Positions 9,734 through 18,562 of a stretch of 56,493 nucleotides of DNA are shown here, piece after piece. This DNA is from Yoonia sp. (GTDB lineage Bacteria; Pseudomonadota; Alphaproteobacteria; Rhodobacterales; Rhodobacteraceae), in the NCBI GenBank assembly GCA_036825855.1, contig DAISXL010000001.1, forward strand, positions 1 to 56,493, given 5' to 3'. Numbering within the stretch: position 1 is the stretch's first letter; every line of letters starts with the position of its first letter. Below the pieces are notes generated by a model. It had not been told where the DNA came from. It saw only the letters and a list, made by a program, of their open reading frames with translations, and did not search any database. The translations under genes and the position numbers were made by a program.

Positions 9734-9751
9734 GGTGGGCTTAAGCCCACC
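9730..9751 (+). repeat. GTAG-type REP palindrome / possible bidirectional hairpin
   Basis: GTAG followed by the perfect 18-bp palindrome GGTGGGCTTAAGCCCACC, which fills the gap between two convergent stop codons. Confidence 0.7.
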
Positions 9752-10699
9752 TTACCTTGGCGCCGCCGCCCGTTTCAGCCTGTCGTTGATCGCCCGTCCC
9801 AGCCCGTGATCGGGGATCGGGGCAACCGCAATCCGCGTCGCGCCCATCGCATCAAGCTGGTGCAAGCAGTCGAACAGCCTTGTCGCCGCCTCAACAAGAT
9901 CGCCGGAGGGCGAGAGGTTCAGATCAGCCTCCATCGCACCAAAGCCCAGCATCACCTCGCCTGTCCGCTTGCCCGTCGCGTTCAGCCGGACCTGCCCCAG
10001 CGGCGCGTAATGCGACACCAACTGACCGGGCGAGACGGGGGCGTCGGCGTTTTCCGATGTGGCCAGCGCGCGCCCCAGACAGGCGGCAATCGCCTCGGCA
10101 GGGATGCCGCCCGCGCGCAGCAGGGTGGGCGCGCCAAGGCAGGCGATGATGGTCGATTCCAGACCCACGGCGCAAGGCCCGCCATCGACCAGCGCGTCGA
10201 TCCGGTCGCCCAAGCCTTCGCGCACATGGGCCGCTGTGGTAGGGCTGATCCGGCCTGACAGATTGGCCGAAGGGGCCGCAACAGGTCCACCGAAGGCAGA
10301 CAGCAAACCCGCAGCGACAGGATGATCGGGCACCCGCACCGCGATACTGTCGAGCCCCGCTGTGACCAACCGCGATATCCCTGCATCTGCACGCAACGGC
10401 AGCACCAGCGTCAGCGCGCCGGGCCAGAAGGCATCGGCCAAGCGTCGCGCGTCGTCGTTGAAAACGCAGATAGAACAGGCTGCAGCTACATCGCCCAGAT
10501 GTACGATCAGCGGGTTGAACGACGGCCTGCCCTTGGCTGCAAAGATCGCGGCGACCGCCTTGTCATTGCGCGCATCGGCCCCCAGCCCATAGACGGTTTC
10601 GGTCGGAAACGACACCAGCCCACCCTGCCCGAGGATATCGGCGGCGCGCGCAAGGCCCGCCGCATCGGGCTGCAAAAGGGCCGCACCCTGCAAAGTCAT
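9752..10699 (-). CDS. tsaC: L-threonylcarbamoyladenylate synthase (Sua5-type, with C-terminal SUA5 domain)
   Basis: FPTETVYGLGADA, KGRPSFNPLIVH, FWPGALT, AAPSAN.SG, GLESTII, SPGQL.SHYAP, AINDRL.RAA. Confidence 0.96.
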   Translation of the reverse strand: MTLQGAALLQPDAAGLARAADILGQGGLVSFPTETVYGLGADARNDKAVAAIFAAKGRPSFNPLIVHLGDVAAACSICVFNDDARRLADAFWPGALTLVLPLRADAGISRLVTAGLDSIAVRVPDHPVAAGLLSAFGGPVAAPSANLSGRISPTTAAHVREGLGDRIDALVDGGPCAVGLESTIIACLGAPTLLRAGGIPAEAIAACLGRALATSENADAPVSPGQLVSHYAPLGQVRLNATGKRTGEVMLGFGAMEADLNLSPSGDLVEAATRLFDCLHQLDAMGATRIAVAPIPDHGLGRAINDRLKRAAAPR

Positions 10700-10813
10700 G
10701 ACGTGGCGTTCAGGTTGAAGGGTGTCATGGGATGGATAACTTTGCCATTATACTTTCTGCATAGCCGCAGCACCCGCTCTTGCCAAGCAGACCATTCAGT
10801 CGGAGATGTCCCA

Positions 10814-12520
10814 ATGCCCTATCGCGCACCGATCCGTGATTTCCGGTTCCTTCTGGATCATGTCGTGGGCTTTGCCGAAGTGGCCGCCACCGACCGTTTC
10901 GCCGACGCCACGCCCGACATGACCAGCGCGATCCTGACCGAGGCGGGCAAGATGTGCGAAGACATTCTCGCACCCTTGAACCAGATCGGTGACAAGCATC
11001 CCGCGCATCTGGAAAACGGCGTCGTGCGCACTCCGCCGGGGTTTGCCGAAGGCTACCGCGCCATTGCCGAGGGCGGCTGGATCGGCATGTCCGCCCTTAC
11101 GGAGAGCGGCGGCCTTGGCCTGCCGATGACGCTGACCACCACCGTGAACGAGATGCTGTCGGGCGCCTGCCTTGCGCTGCAACTGAACCCACTGATGACA
11201 CAAGGCCAGATCGAAGCGCTGGAACACCATGCCTCGGACGCGATCAAGGCGGTCTATCTGCCGAAGCTGATTTCGGGCGAATGGTGCGGCACGATGAACC
11301 TGACCGAACCGCAAGCGGGGTCGGACGTGGGCGCCTTGCGCACCAAGGCCGAACCCAACGGCGACGGCTCTTATGCGATCACGGGGCAGAAGATTTATAT
11401 CTCTTGGGCCGACAACGATTTCACCGAAAATGTCTGCCATCTGGTCCTGGCTCGGCTGCCAGACGGCAAGCCCGGCACCAAGGGGATCAGCCTCTTCATG
11501 GTGCCCAAGCTGATCCCCGACGCGGATGGCAATCCGGGCCGTAAGAATGACCTGCGCGTGGTCAGTCTGGAACACAAGATGGGCCTGCACGGCTCACCCA
11601 CCGCCGTGATGGAATATGCGGGCGCGACCGGCTGGCTGGTAGGGCCGGAGCATGGCGGGATGGCCGCGATGTTCACCATGATGAACAACGCACGTCTGGG
11701 CGTCGGCACCCAAGGGATCGGGACCGCCGAACGCGCGCTGCAACACGCACTGGCCTATGCGCAGGACCGCAAGCAAGGCCGCGCGGACGGCACAGGTGCC
11801 ATCATCGAACACGCCGATGTGCGCCGGATGCTGACCACGATGCGCGCCGATATCTATGCCGCACGCGCCATAGCGCTGATGAATGCCGTAGCGATCGATA
11901 TGATGACCGCGACAGGTGATCGTGCTTGGGACGCCCGCGCCGCCTTTCTGACCCCGATCACCAAAGCCTTTGGCACCGATGTCGGCGTCGAGGCCACCAA
12001 TACCGGCGTGCAAATCCACGGCGGCATGGGCTTTATCGAGGAAACCGGCGCGGCCCAGTTCGTCCGCGATGTCCGCGTCAGCACGATCTACGAAGGCACC
12101 AACGGCATTCAGGCGATGGATCTTGTTGCGCGCAAGCTGATGGATGGCGGCGATGCCGCGTTCCGCCTGCTGGATGATGTGGTGCGCGGCGCCGAGGCCG
12201 CCAAGGCGACCCATCCCGATCTGGCCCATGCCGTCTGGGAAGCCGCCGAAACCCTGCGCGAAGCGACCGAATGGCTGGTTGGGCGGCCCGACCTGAACGA
12301 CCGTTTCGCCGGTGCCGTGCCGTACTTGCGTGCCTTTGCGCGGGTGCTGGGCGGGCATGTGCATCTGGCCAGCGCCGTGGCGGGCGATGCGGGCCACCAG
12401 CGGCTGGCGACATTCTATATCAAGCGGATGATGCCGGAATACGCCGCTCTGCTCGCCCATACCCGTGAAGGTGCCGCCGATCTGGCCGCGATCACGCCGC
12501 AAGATCTGGCAGCGGCCTGA
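10814..12520 (+). CDS. Acyl-CoA dehydrogenase (DmdC-like long subfamily)
   Basis: GTMNLTEPQAGSDVG, GQKIYIS, GTKGISLF, EHKMGLHGSPT, MFTMMNNARL, QIHGGMGFIEE, IYEGTNGIQAMDL. Start at ATG 10814 with GGAG RBS. Confidence 0.93.
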   Translation: MPYRAPIRDFRFLLDHVVGFAEVAATDRFADATPDMTSAILTEAGKMCEDILAPLNQIGDKHPAHLENGVVRTPPGFAEGYRAIAEGGWIGMSALTESGGLGLPMTLTTTVNEMLSGACLALQLNPLMTQGQIEALEHHASDAIKAVYLPKLISGEWCGTMNLTEPQAGSDVGALRTKAEPNGDGSYAITGQKIYISWADNDFTENVCHLVLARLPDGKPGTKGISLFMVPKLIPDADGNPGRKNDLRVVSLEHKMGLHGSPTAVMEYAGATGWLVGPEHGGMAAMFTMMNNARLGVGTQGIGTAERALQHALAYAQDRKQGRADGTGAIIEHADVRRMLTTMRADIYAARAIALMNAVAIDMMTATGDRAWDARAAFLTPITKAFGTDVGVEATNTGVQIHGGMGFIEETGAAQFVRDVRVSTIYEGTNGIQAMDLVARKLMDGGDAAFRLLDDVVRGAEAAKATHPDLAHAVWEAAETLREATEWLVGRPDLNDRFAGAVPYLRAFARVLGGHVHLASAVAGDAGHQRLATFYIKRMMPEYAALLAHTREGAADLAAITPQDLAAA

Positions 12521-13557
12521 TGCCCGACGGCGCAGGCGGAATCCGGTATCCCTATCCTGATCCGCCCGCGACCGGCACAGCAATCGAGATTGCAGAGGGT
12601 ATCCTGTGGATGCGCCTACCGCTGCCGATGGCGCTGGATCATGTGAATGTCTATGCGCTGGATGACGGTGACGGCTGGACCGTGGTGGATACGGGTTTCG
12701 CCAGCACAAAGTCCAAGGCGATCTGGCAGCGCCTGCTTGACGGACCGCTGGCAGGCAAGCCTGTCACCCGCGTGATCGTCACGCACCATCACCCCGATCA
12801 TGTGGGGCTGGCGGGCTGGTTTGTTGCCCAAGGGGCCGCGTTGCACATGCCGCGCACCGGCTGGCTGATGGCGCGGATGCTGACGCTGGATGTTCAGGAC
12901 AGGCCGACGCCTGAAACCATCGCCTTTTACGAACGCGCGGGCATGGCGGCGGACGAACTGGCGCGGCGCAAGGCCGAACGCCCGTTCAACTTTGCCGATT
13001 GCGTCACCCCCCTGCCGCTGGGGTACCAGCGGTTGCGCGACGGCGGCATGATCCGCATGGGCGGGCGGACATGGGATATCCGCATGGGCGACGGCCATGC
13101 GCCGGAACATGCCACCTTCTGGTCGCGCGACGATGCGGTGGTGCTGGGGGGCGACCAGTTGCTCCCCTCGATCAGCGCGAACCTTGGCGTCTATCCGACC
13201 GAGCCCGAGGCCGACCCCGTCGCCGACTGGATCGCGTCCTGCACGAAATTCCAGACCGTCGCGCAGGCCGATCACCTGGTGTTGGGCGGACATAAACTGC
13301 CCTTCACCGGCCTGCCGCTGCGGCTGACGCAGATGATCGACAATCATCACGGCGCGCTGGACCGGCTGCTTGCGCATCTGGACCAACCGCGCGCGGCAGG
13401 CGAGTGTTTCCTGCCCCTGTTCAAGCGCCAGATCGGTCCCGCCGAATACGGGCTGGCGCTGGTCGAGGCGGTGGCCCATCTGAACCACCTGCACCAGACA
13501 GGCCGCGCCCGGCGCGATCTGCGCGACGACGGCGCTTGGATTTTTTCCGCAGTCTAG
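12520..13557 (+). CDS. MBL-fold metallo-hydrolase
   Basis: THHHPDH zinc motif, GHAPEH, GDQLLP, GGH. Translationally coupled to the acyl-CoA dehydrogenase (TGATG). Confidence 0.9.
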   Translation: MPDGAGGIRYPYPDPPATGTAIEIAEGILWMRLPLPMALDHVNVYALDDGDGWTVVDTGFASTKSKAIWQRLLDGPLAGKPVTRVIVTHHHPDHVGLAGWFVAQGAALHMPRTGWLMARMLTLDVQDRPTPETIAFYERAGMAADELARRKAERPFNFADCVTPLPLGYQRLRDGGMIRMGGRTWDIRMGDGHAPEHATFWSRDDAVVLGGDQLLPSISANLGVYPTEPEADPVADWIASCTKFQTVAQADHLVLGGHKLPFTGLPLRLTQMIDNHHGALDRLLAHLDQPRAAGECFLPLFKRQIGPAEYGLALVEAVAHLNHLHQTGRARRDLRDDGAWIFSAV

Positions 13558-13742
13558 GACTGCAGACCCAGCACCATCCTGCCGCAAGGCCTGACCTGCC
13601 CTGATTACACCAGCTATGTCAGGACTTATTTTACCAATTCCTGCGACCTTTCTTCGACCGACACCGCGCAATCCGCGCCGGTCGGCGGGCATGTTTGCAC
13701 CGGCCTGCCGGCGACATGCAGCACGAAACAAAGGAAGAACGC

Positions 13743-15113
13743 ATGAAACCGACATCGTCCGCCTTTCTGCCCAGACCGCAAACGGATGACGATTCGGCGC
13801 GGGCCCATCGGCAGCCAATTGTGCCCCGCCTGACGGATGCGGCCTCTTTTATCGGGCGGCTGTCGGCGCAGGACGAAAAGCGCCGTATCTTGCTGCTCCA
13901 AGGGCCCGTCGGACCCTTTTTCGGGGAATTGCAGGATCAGCTGGTGCGGGACGGCTTTGCAGTTGACCGGGTCGCGTTCTCGCCTGCGGATCGGTTGTTT
14001 GCAGGCGGGGGCGCGGTGACACGCTTCAGCGGTGATCTTGCGGCTTGGCGGGACTGGTTGCAGCAGCGCATTGCGACCAATCCGCCCGAGGCGATCATCC
14101 TTTTCGGATCCAACCGGCCTGCCCATGCCTGTGCGCGGGCCTTGGCGGCGGAAAACAGGATCTCCGTGATCAGCCTTGAAGAAGGATATCTGCGGTCGGG
14201 CTACATCACCTGCGAAACCGGCGGTAACAACCAGCATTCGCCCTTGGCCTTGTGGTCCTTTCGCCGCTCTGTCCGGATTGCCTTGCCCGCAGCGCAAACG
14301 CCACCCCCCGGAACGCGCGGCGGATTTCTTGCGATGAGCCTGTGGGGCGCCGTGCATTATCTGGTCCGCGATACGCTGTCGCAGGCCTCTGACAGGGCCC
14401 TGTTTCACCGTGACCGCGCGGGCCTGTTGCCATTGTGCCGGCTATGGGGGCGTCATGTCGTGAACCGCCTTGCCGCGCGCTGGATCGAAAGACCCACATT
14501 GCGCCGTCTGCGCGGCGCGGATGGCTATATCTTGGTTCCGTTGCAGGTTCCGGCGGATAGCCAGCTTGCGGTGGCCGCGCGCGGCTGGACCTCGGCCGCC
14601 CTGATCGAGACTTGTCTCCAGACGCTGACAACGGCGGGTCCGACGCAGCGGCTGGTTTTCAAATTGCACCCGCTTGATCCTTTGGGGGGGCAGGTCAGGC
14701 GGGCAATACTGCGCCGCACGGCCGCCCTCGGATTGGACACCTCCCGCGTCATCGTGTTGCAGACCGGGCGGATCGGCGAACTGGCGCGGCACGCAAGCGG
14801 CATGATCGTGATCAACTCGACCTCGGCCTTTTCGGCGTTGCACCACAACGTGCCGGTCCTTGTGCTGGGTCAGGCCGTCTATCGGCACGACTCCATCGTC
14901 ACCACCGGCAGCACACCGGCGGATGTGGCGGCCTTCCTGCACGACAGGGCCGCTAAACCGCGTGCCTTCGTCGATGGTTTTCTTGCCGATCTGAAGGCAG
15001 AAGCCCTGCTGCCTGGCGATTTCTATTTGCGCCGCGGACGCAAGACGGCAATTGCGGGGATCATTGCCCGACTGAACCAGGGCGCCACGGACCAGCGCGC
15101 GGTGCGGCGATGA
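13743..15113 (+). CDS. kpsS: Capsule beta-Kdo transferase KpsS (Capsule_synth family)
   Basis: LLLQGPVGPFF, EEGYLR..YIT.E..GNN, PLQVPADSQ, KLHPLD, INST. Start at ATG 13743. Confidence 0.85.
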   Translation: MKPTSSAFLPRPQTDDDSARAHRQPIVPRLTDAASFIGRLSAQDEKRRILLLQGPVGPFFGELQDQLVRDGFAVDRVAFSPADRLFAGGGAVTRFSGDLAAWRDWLQQRIATNPPEAIILFGSNRPAHACARALAAENRISVISLEEGYLRSGYITCETGGNNQHSPLALWSFRRSVRIALPAAQTPPPGTRGGFLAMSLWGAVHYLVRDTLSQASDRALFHRDRAGLLPLCRLWGRHVVNRLAARWIERPTLRRLRGADGYILVPLQVPADSQLAVAARGWTSAALIETCLQTLTTAGPTQRLVFKLHPLDPLGGQVRRAILRRTAALGLDTSRVIVLQTGRIGELARHASGMIVINSTSAFSALHHNVPVLVLGQAVYRHDSIVTTGSTPADVAAFLHDRAAKPRAFVDGFLADLKAEALLPGDFYLRRGRKTAIAGIIARLNQGATDQRAVRR

Positions 15114-16216
15114 CAGGCTTTGCCCGCTTGATCCTGCGGTTGCTGGGCGTCCTGTTGCTGGCGGGCTGTGCAACCTTGCCGGCCTTTGGCCCCAGCGCCG
15201 CCGCAATCGACGAGGCTGCGGCTGACGTGGTGGCACAGGATCAGGATGTGCTGCCCTACCGGATCGTGGAAATCTCGCCCGCGACCTTGCCGCAAACCGA
15301 AGATGTCGCGCAGAGGTTTCCTGCCGTGCTGCGGCAACAGACATTGCGCACCACGGACGCGCGGATCGACGTGGGTGACCGTCTGGACATCCGCATCTGG
15401 GAAATCGCCGAGGATGGCCTGTTCGCGACAGCGGGGCGGCGGGAAACGTCGCTGCCGCTGGTGGTCGCGGAATCAGGCACGATCAGCGCCCCCTACGCCG
15501 GCACCGTCACGGCCAGAGGGCTGACAGCCCCGGACCTGCGCGCGCTGTTGCTGGACCGCTATCGCGGCCAGGCGATCGAGCCTGAAATCGCCGTGACCAT
15601 CGCAGAGACGCCATCGCGCAGCGTCACGATCCTTGGCGCAGTCAACGCCCCGGGGCGCAGCATGATCCCGTCGCGCGGGATCCGCCTTCTGGATCTGATC
15701 GCGCAGGCCGGAGGCACGCCACATGCCCCTTGGGAAACCATGGTCACGGTCAGGCGCGATGCGACAACCGCCACCCTGGCGATGTCCGATATCCTGCGCA
15801 GTGCTGCCAACAACATCGTCATCCTGCCACAGGATGTGGTCAGTCTGGCCCATGTGCCGCGGCGCTTTGCCGTTTATGGCGCGGTCAACCAGCCGGGCAA
15901 TGTCGAAGTTCCGCTTGAAACGGCAACGCTGGCCTATCTTCTGGCCGAAACCGGCGGGCTGAATGACGGCGTAGCCGCGGCCACATCGGTCTTCGTTTTC
16001 CGGCCGGTTGCCGCAGGCGGGTCCGACGACGCGGTCCGCGCCATCGCCTACCGGTTCGATTTCTCGGTGCCGGATGCGTTCTTTCTCGCGGGTATGTTCA
16101 CGCTGGCGCCCACGGATATCGTCTATGTCACCGCCGCGCCGGTGGTCGATTTTCAGCGGTTCATGTCGCTTGTGCTCTCACCGGTGACCGGGACCGTCGC
16201 CGCGGTACGCAACTGA
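15110..16216 (+). CDS. Outer-membrane polysaccharide export lipoprotein (Wza/CtrA/BexD-type OPX)
   Basis: Lipobox LLLAGC, GPS after the Cys, Poly_export motif (IDVGDRLDIRIWE...G.ISAPYAG...A.GLT), SLBB repeats, DIVYV. Confidence 0.9.
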   Translation: MTGFARLILRLLGVLLLAGCATLPAFGPSAAAIDEAAADVVAQDQDVLPYRIVEISPATLPQTEDVAQRFPAVLRQQTLRTTDARIDVGDRLDIRIWEIAEDGLFATAGRRETSLPLVVAESGTISAPYAGTVTARGLTAPDLRALLLDRYRGQAIEPEIAVTIAETPSRSVTILGAVNAPGRSMIPSRGIRLLDLIAQAGGTPHAPWETMVTVRRDATTATLAMSDILRSAANNIVILPQDVVSLAHVPRRFAVYGAVNQPGNVEVPLETATLAYLLAETGGLNDGVAAATSVFVFRPVAAGGSDDAVRAIAYRFDFSVPDAFFLAGMFTLAPTDIVYVTAAPVVDFQRFMSLVLSPVTGTVAAVRN

Positions 16217-16252
16217 CATGTCTCATAATCCCCTATCCCCGAGGTGCCAAAG

Positions 16253-18562
16253 ATGAACCTGCGAACCCAATCCGACAAGGCCAGTTTTGAAGCGGTCTTT
16301 CTCAAGCAACCTGCGCTGTCCGTCATCGTCCCGTTTCGCGACGAAGGGCGTGCTGCATGGTTTCTGAGCCGGCTGGAGGAGTTGTGCCGGTCTATGCCCC
16401 GCCGCGAGGATATCGAATTCATCGTGGTCGATTCCGGATCGGTGCCCGAAGCGCGCAAAGCCTGCCGCGCCATCTGCACGCGGGCCGGTGTCAGCTATCT
16501 GTACCATGACAGTGCTGGATCGGCGTTTTCGATCGGTCAGGCGCGCGATTTCGGCGCCATCCACGCTCATGGTCAGGCAATCACCTTTCTGGATGTCGAT
16601 TTCCGCGTGCCGCAGGATTTCTGGGCGCGCTTGCTCGGCTTTATGAAAAGCTTTGGCATTTCCGACTATAAAAAGCGGTTCTTCGTCGTGCCCGCTCTCT
16701 ACCTCACCGAAGAAGGGACGTCCGAATTCTGCGCAGGCGACGATGACGCGCGGTTTCAGGATTTCTATCTGCGCTGGATGCATGGCGACCTGCGCGCCGT
16801 GCAGAACCTTGCGCCCTGTTCGTCGATCATCGTCGTGGACAGGTTCCATTACCTGTCCATCGGGGGGCACAATCCGGTATTCAAAGGACATGGGTTCGAG
16901 GATTTCGAACTGCTGCATCGACTGGCAGAGGATGAGGGTCGCATTCCGCAGCCCGATGTCTATCTCAAGGACACCAAGTCATGGGACACGGCCACCTATA
17001 ACGGGTTTCGCGCGCGACTGGCGCTGTTCGGGCGCCCTGCCCTGTTGTCCAATCTTTTTGTCGTGCATCTGTGGCATCCGCGCCCCAAGACGCTGTCGTT
17101 CTATGACCAGTCCCACATGAAATCGGCGCGGGACATCGGCCCGCGGCTTTTGGCCGAATTCGACAAGTCGCGCGAACATCCGACCCCCATCGTGCCGGTC
17201 ATCAACACCCATCAGAAAGTTCTGGTTCTGGGCGAGCCGCGCACGAATATCACGCGCTGCATGCGTGATGCCTATCCGCACATGGGCAAGCCCATGTTCA
17301 TCAAAGAGACGGATATCGTGACGCCGGACGACGATCTGGAAAGCCTGGATATGTCCGCGTTTCTTGGGTCGCATGACATCAGCACCATCCTGATCAGCAG
17401 TCCCTATGCCAACCCCGTCCGCAAGGCGATCTATGACTGGTGCAGGGCGACGGGATTTCCCTATTTCGCTTTCGAACGCGGGGCTCTGCCCGACAGCTGG
17501 TTCTTTGACCCCAATGGTTTCAACGCTGATTCGCGCAGCTACCACCGGCGCAACTGGGACAAACGCCTCGGGTCCGAGGATCGTGCGGATGCCATCGCCT
17601 ATATCGCGCGCACCCTGACCGGCGAAGAAACGCTGGAACGGCAGGGCGACCCGATCGGCGGCGAGGCGCTGGCCGAAAAGCTGCGGATCGGCGGGCGTAA
17701 GGTGCTGGTCGTGCCTTTGCAGCGTCCCAGCGATACGGTCACGATCCATATGGCAGGCCCTGCCAAAAGCTGCGGCGATTTCCTGCAGGCGATCGATGAT
17801 GCAGCGGGCTTGCTGAAACGCGCAGGCTGGGTTGTCCTTTGCAAACGCCACCCGCTGGAAACGGCCAGCCCGGCGCTGGTTCATGCGCAATATGTCCCCG
17901 ACGATACCCATTTCATCGACCTTCTTGAACTCGGCGATGCGGTCGCGCTGATCAATTCCGGCGTCGGGCTTTATGCGATGATGATGGGCAAACCCTGCTA
18001 TGTCTTTGGTGACGCCTTTTATGCCTTTGACGGGATCAACACCCGTGTCACCGACCTTGATCCGGCGGCAATCCGCGACACTGTGCTGGCGGGGTCCAGC
18101 GTGGACAGGGAAAGCGTGCTGCGCTTCATCCATTACCTGACCAAAGAATTCTACAGCTTCGGCACTGCCAGAACCGCCCCCCGGGTCGAGGCTGACGGTT
18201 CGCGCCGTATGGCCACCCGCGAGATCGACTTTTACGTGCTGCAAGTGCCGGGGCATGTGCGGCAATTTTACAAGAAAGAAGTCTGGCCGCGGCTGCAACT
18301 GACCGCGCCGCTGTTCGAACGCTACAAGCTTGATATCGTGCAAAAGAACAATGCCAAAAAGGTCGCGCCTGCCGCCACTGCTGCCTCTGCCGTGGTGCGC
18401 CCGCCCGCGCCCGCGCCTGCCCCGCCGGTCGTGCAAGCCCTGCCCAAACAGGACAAACGCCTTGCAAAGCTTGCCAAACTGCGGCGGTCCCCGCGTGCGT
18501 TTTTGCGCGACGCACGGCACCCCGCGCTCCGGCAGCTTGGCCGCATTTTCAGCCGCCGCTGA
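16253..18562 (+). CDS. Bifunctional capsule polymerase: N-terminal GT2 (GT-A) plus C-terminal Capsule_synth/beta-Kdo-transferase-like domain
   Basis: GT2: LSVIVPFR, VVDSGS, FLDVD, GHGFEDFE, HLWH. C-terminal domain: ERGALPDSWFFD, PLQRPSD, KRHP, INSGVG. ATG 16253 follows a GAGG RBS; GTG 16244 is an alternative start. Confidence 0.82.
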   Translation: MNLRTQSDKASFEAVFLKQPALSVIVPFRDEGRAAWFLSRLEELCRSMPRREDIEFIVVDSGSVPEARKACRAICTRAGVSYLYHDSAGSAFSIGQARDFGAIHAHGQAITFLDVDFRVPQDFWARLLGFMKSFGISDYKKRFFVVPALYLTEEGTSEFCAGDDDARFQDFYLRWMHGDLRAVQNLAPCSSIIVVDRFHYLSIGGHNPVFKGHGFEDFELLHRLAEDEGRIPQPDVYLKDTKSWDTATYNGFRARLALFGRPALLSNLFVVHLWHPRPKTLSFYDQSHMKSARDIGPRLLAEFDKSREHPTPIVPVINTHQKVLVLGEPRTNITRCMRDAYPHMGKPMFIKETDIVTPDDDLESLDMSAFLGSHDISTILISSPYANPVRKAIYDWCRATGFPYFAFERGALPDSWFFDPNGFNADSRSYHRRNWDKRLGSEDRADAIAYIARTLTGEETLERQGDPIGGEALAEKLRIGGRKVLVVPLQRPSDTVTIHMAGPAKSCGDFLQAIDDAAGLLKRAGWVVLCKRHPLETASPALVHAQYVPDDTHFIDLLELGDAVALINSGVGLYAMMMGKPCYVFGDAFYAFDGINTRVTDLDPAAIRDTVLAGSSVDRESVLRFIHYLTKEFYSFGTARTAPRVEADGSRRMATREIDFYVLQVPGHVRQFYKKEVWPRLQLTAPLFERYKLDIVQKNNAKKVAPAATAASAVVRPPAPAPAPPVVQALPKQDKRLAKLAKLRRSPRAFLRDARHPALRQLGRIFSRR

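Noticed and set aside
10814..12520. Assigning dmdC (DMSP catabolism) to the acyl-CoA dehydrogenase
   Set aside because: The subfamily is compatible, but no dmdA/B/D neighbours are present and paralogues cannot be separated by eye.
13558..13742. Possible att site or island boundary, and a CCTGAC...GTCAGG inverted repeat upstream of the capsule locus
   Set aside because: No matching direct repeat seen near 23290, no tRNA or integrase, and a 6-bp arm is within chance expectation.
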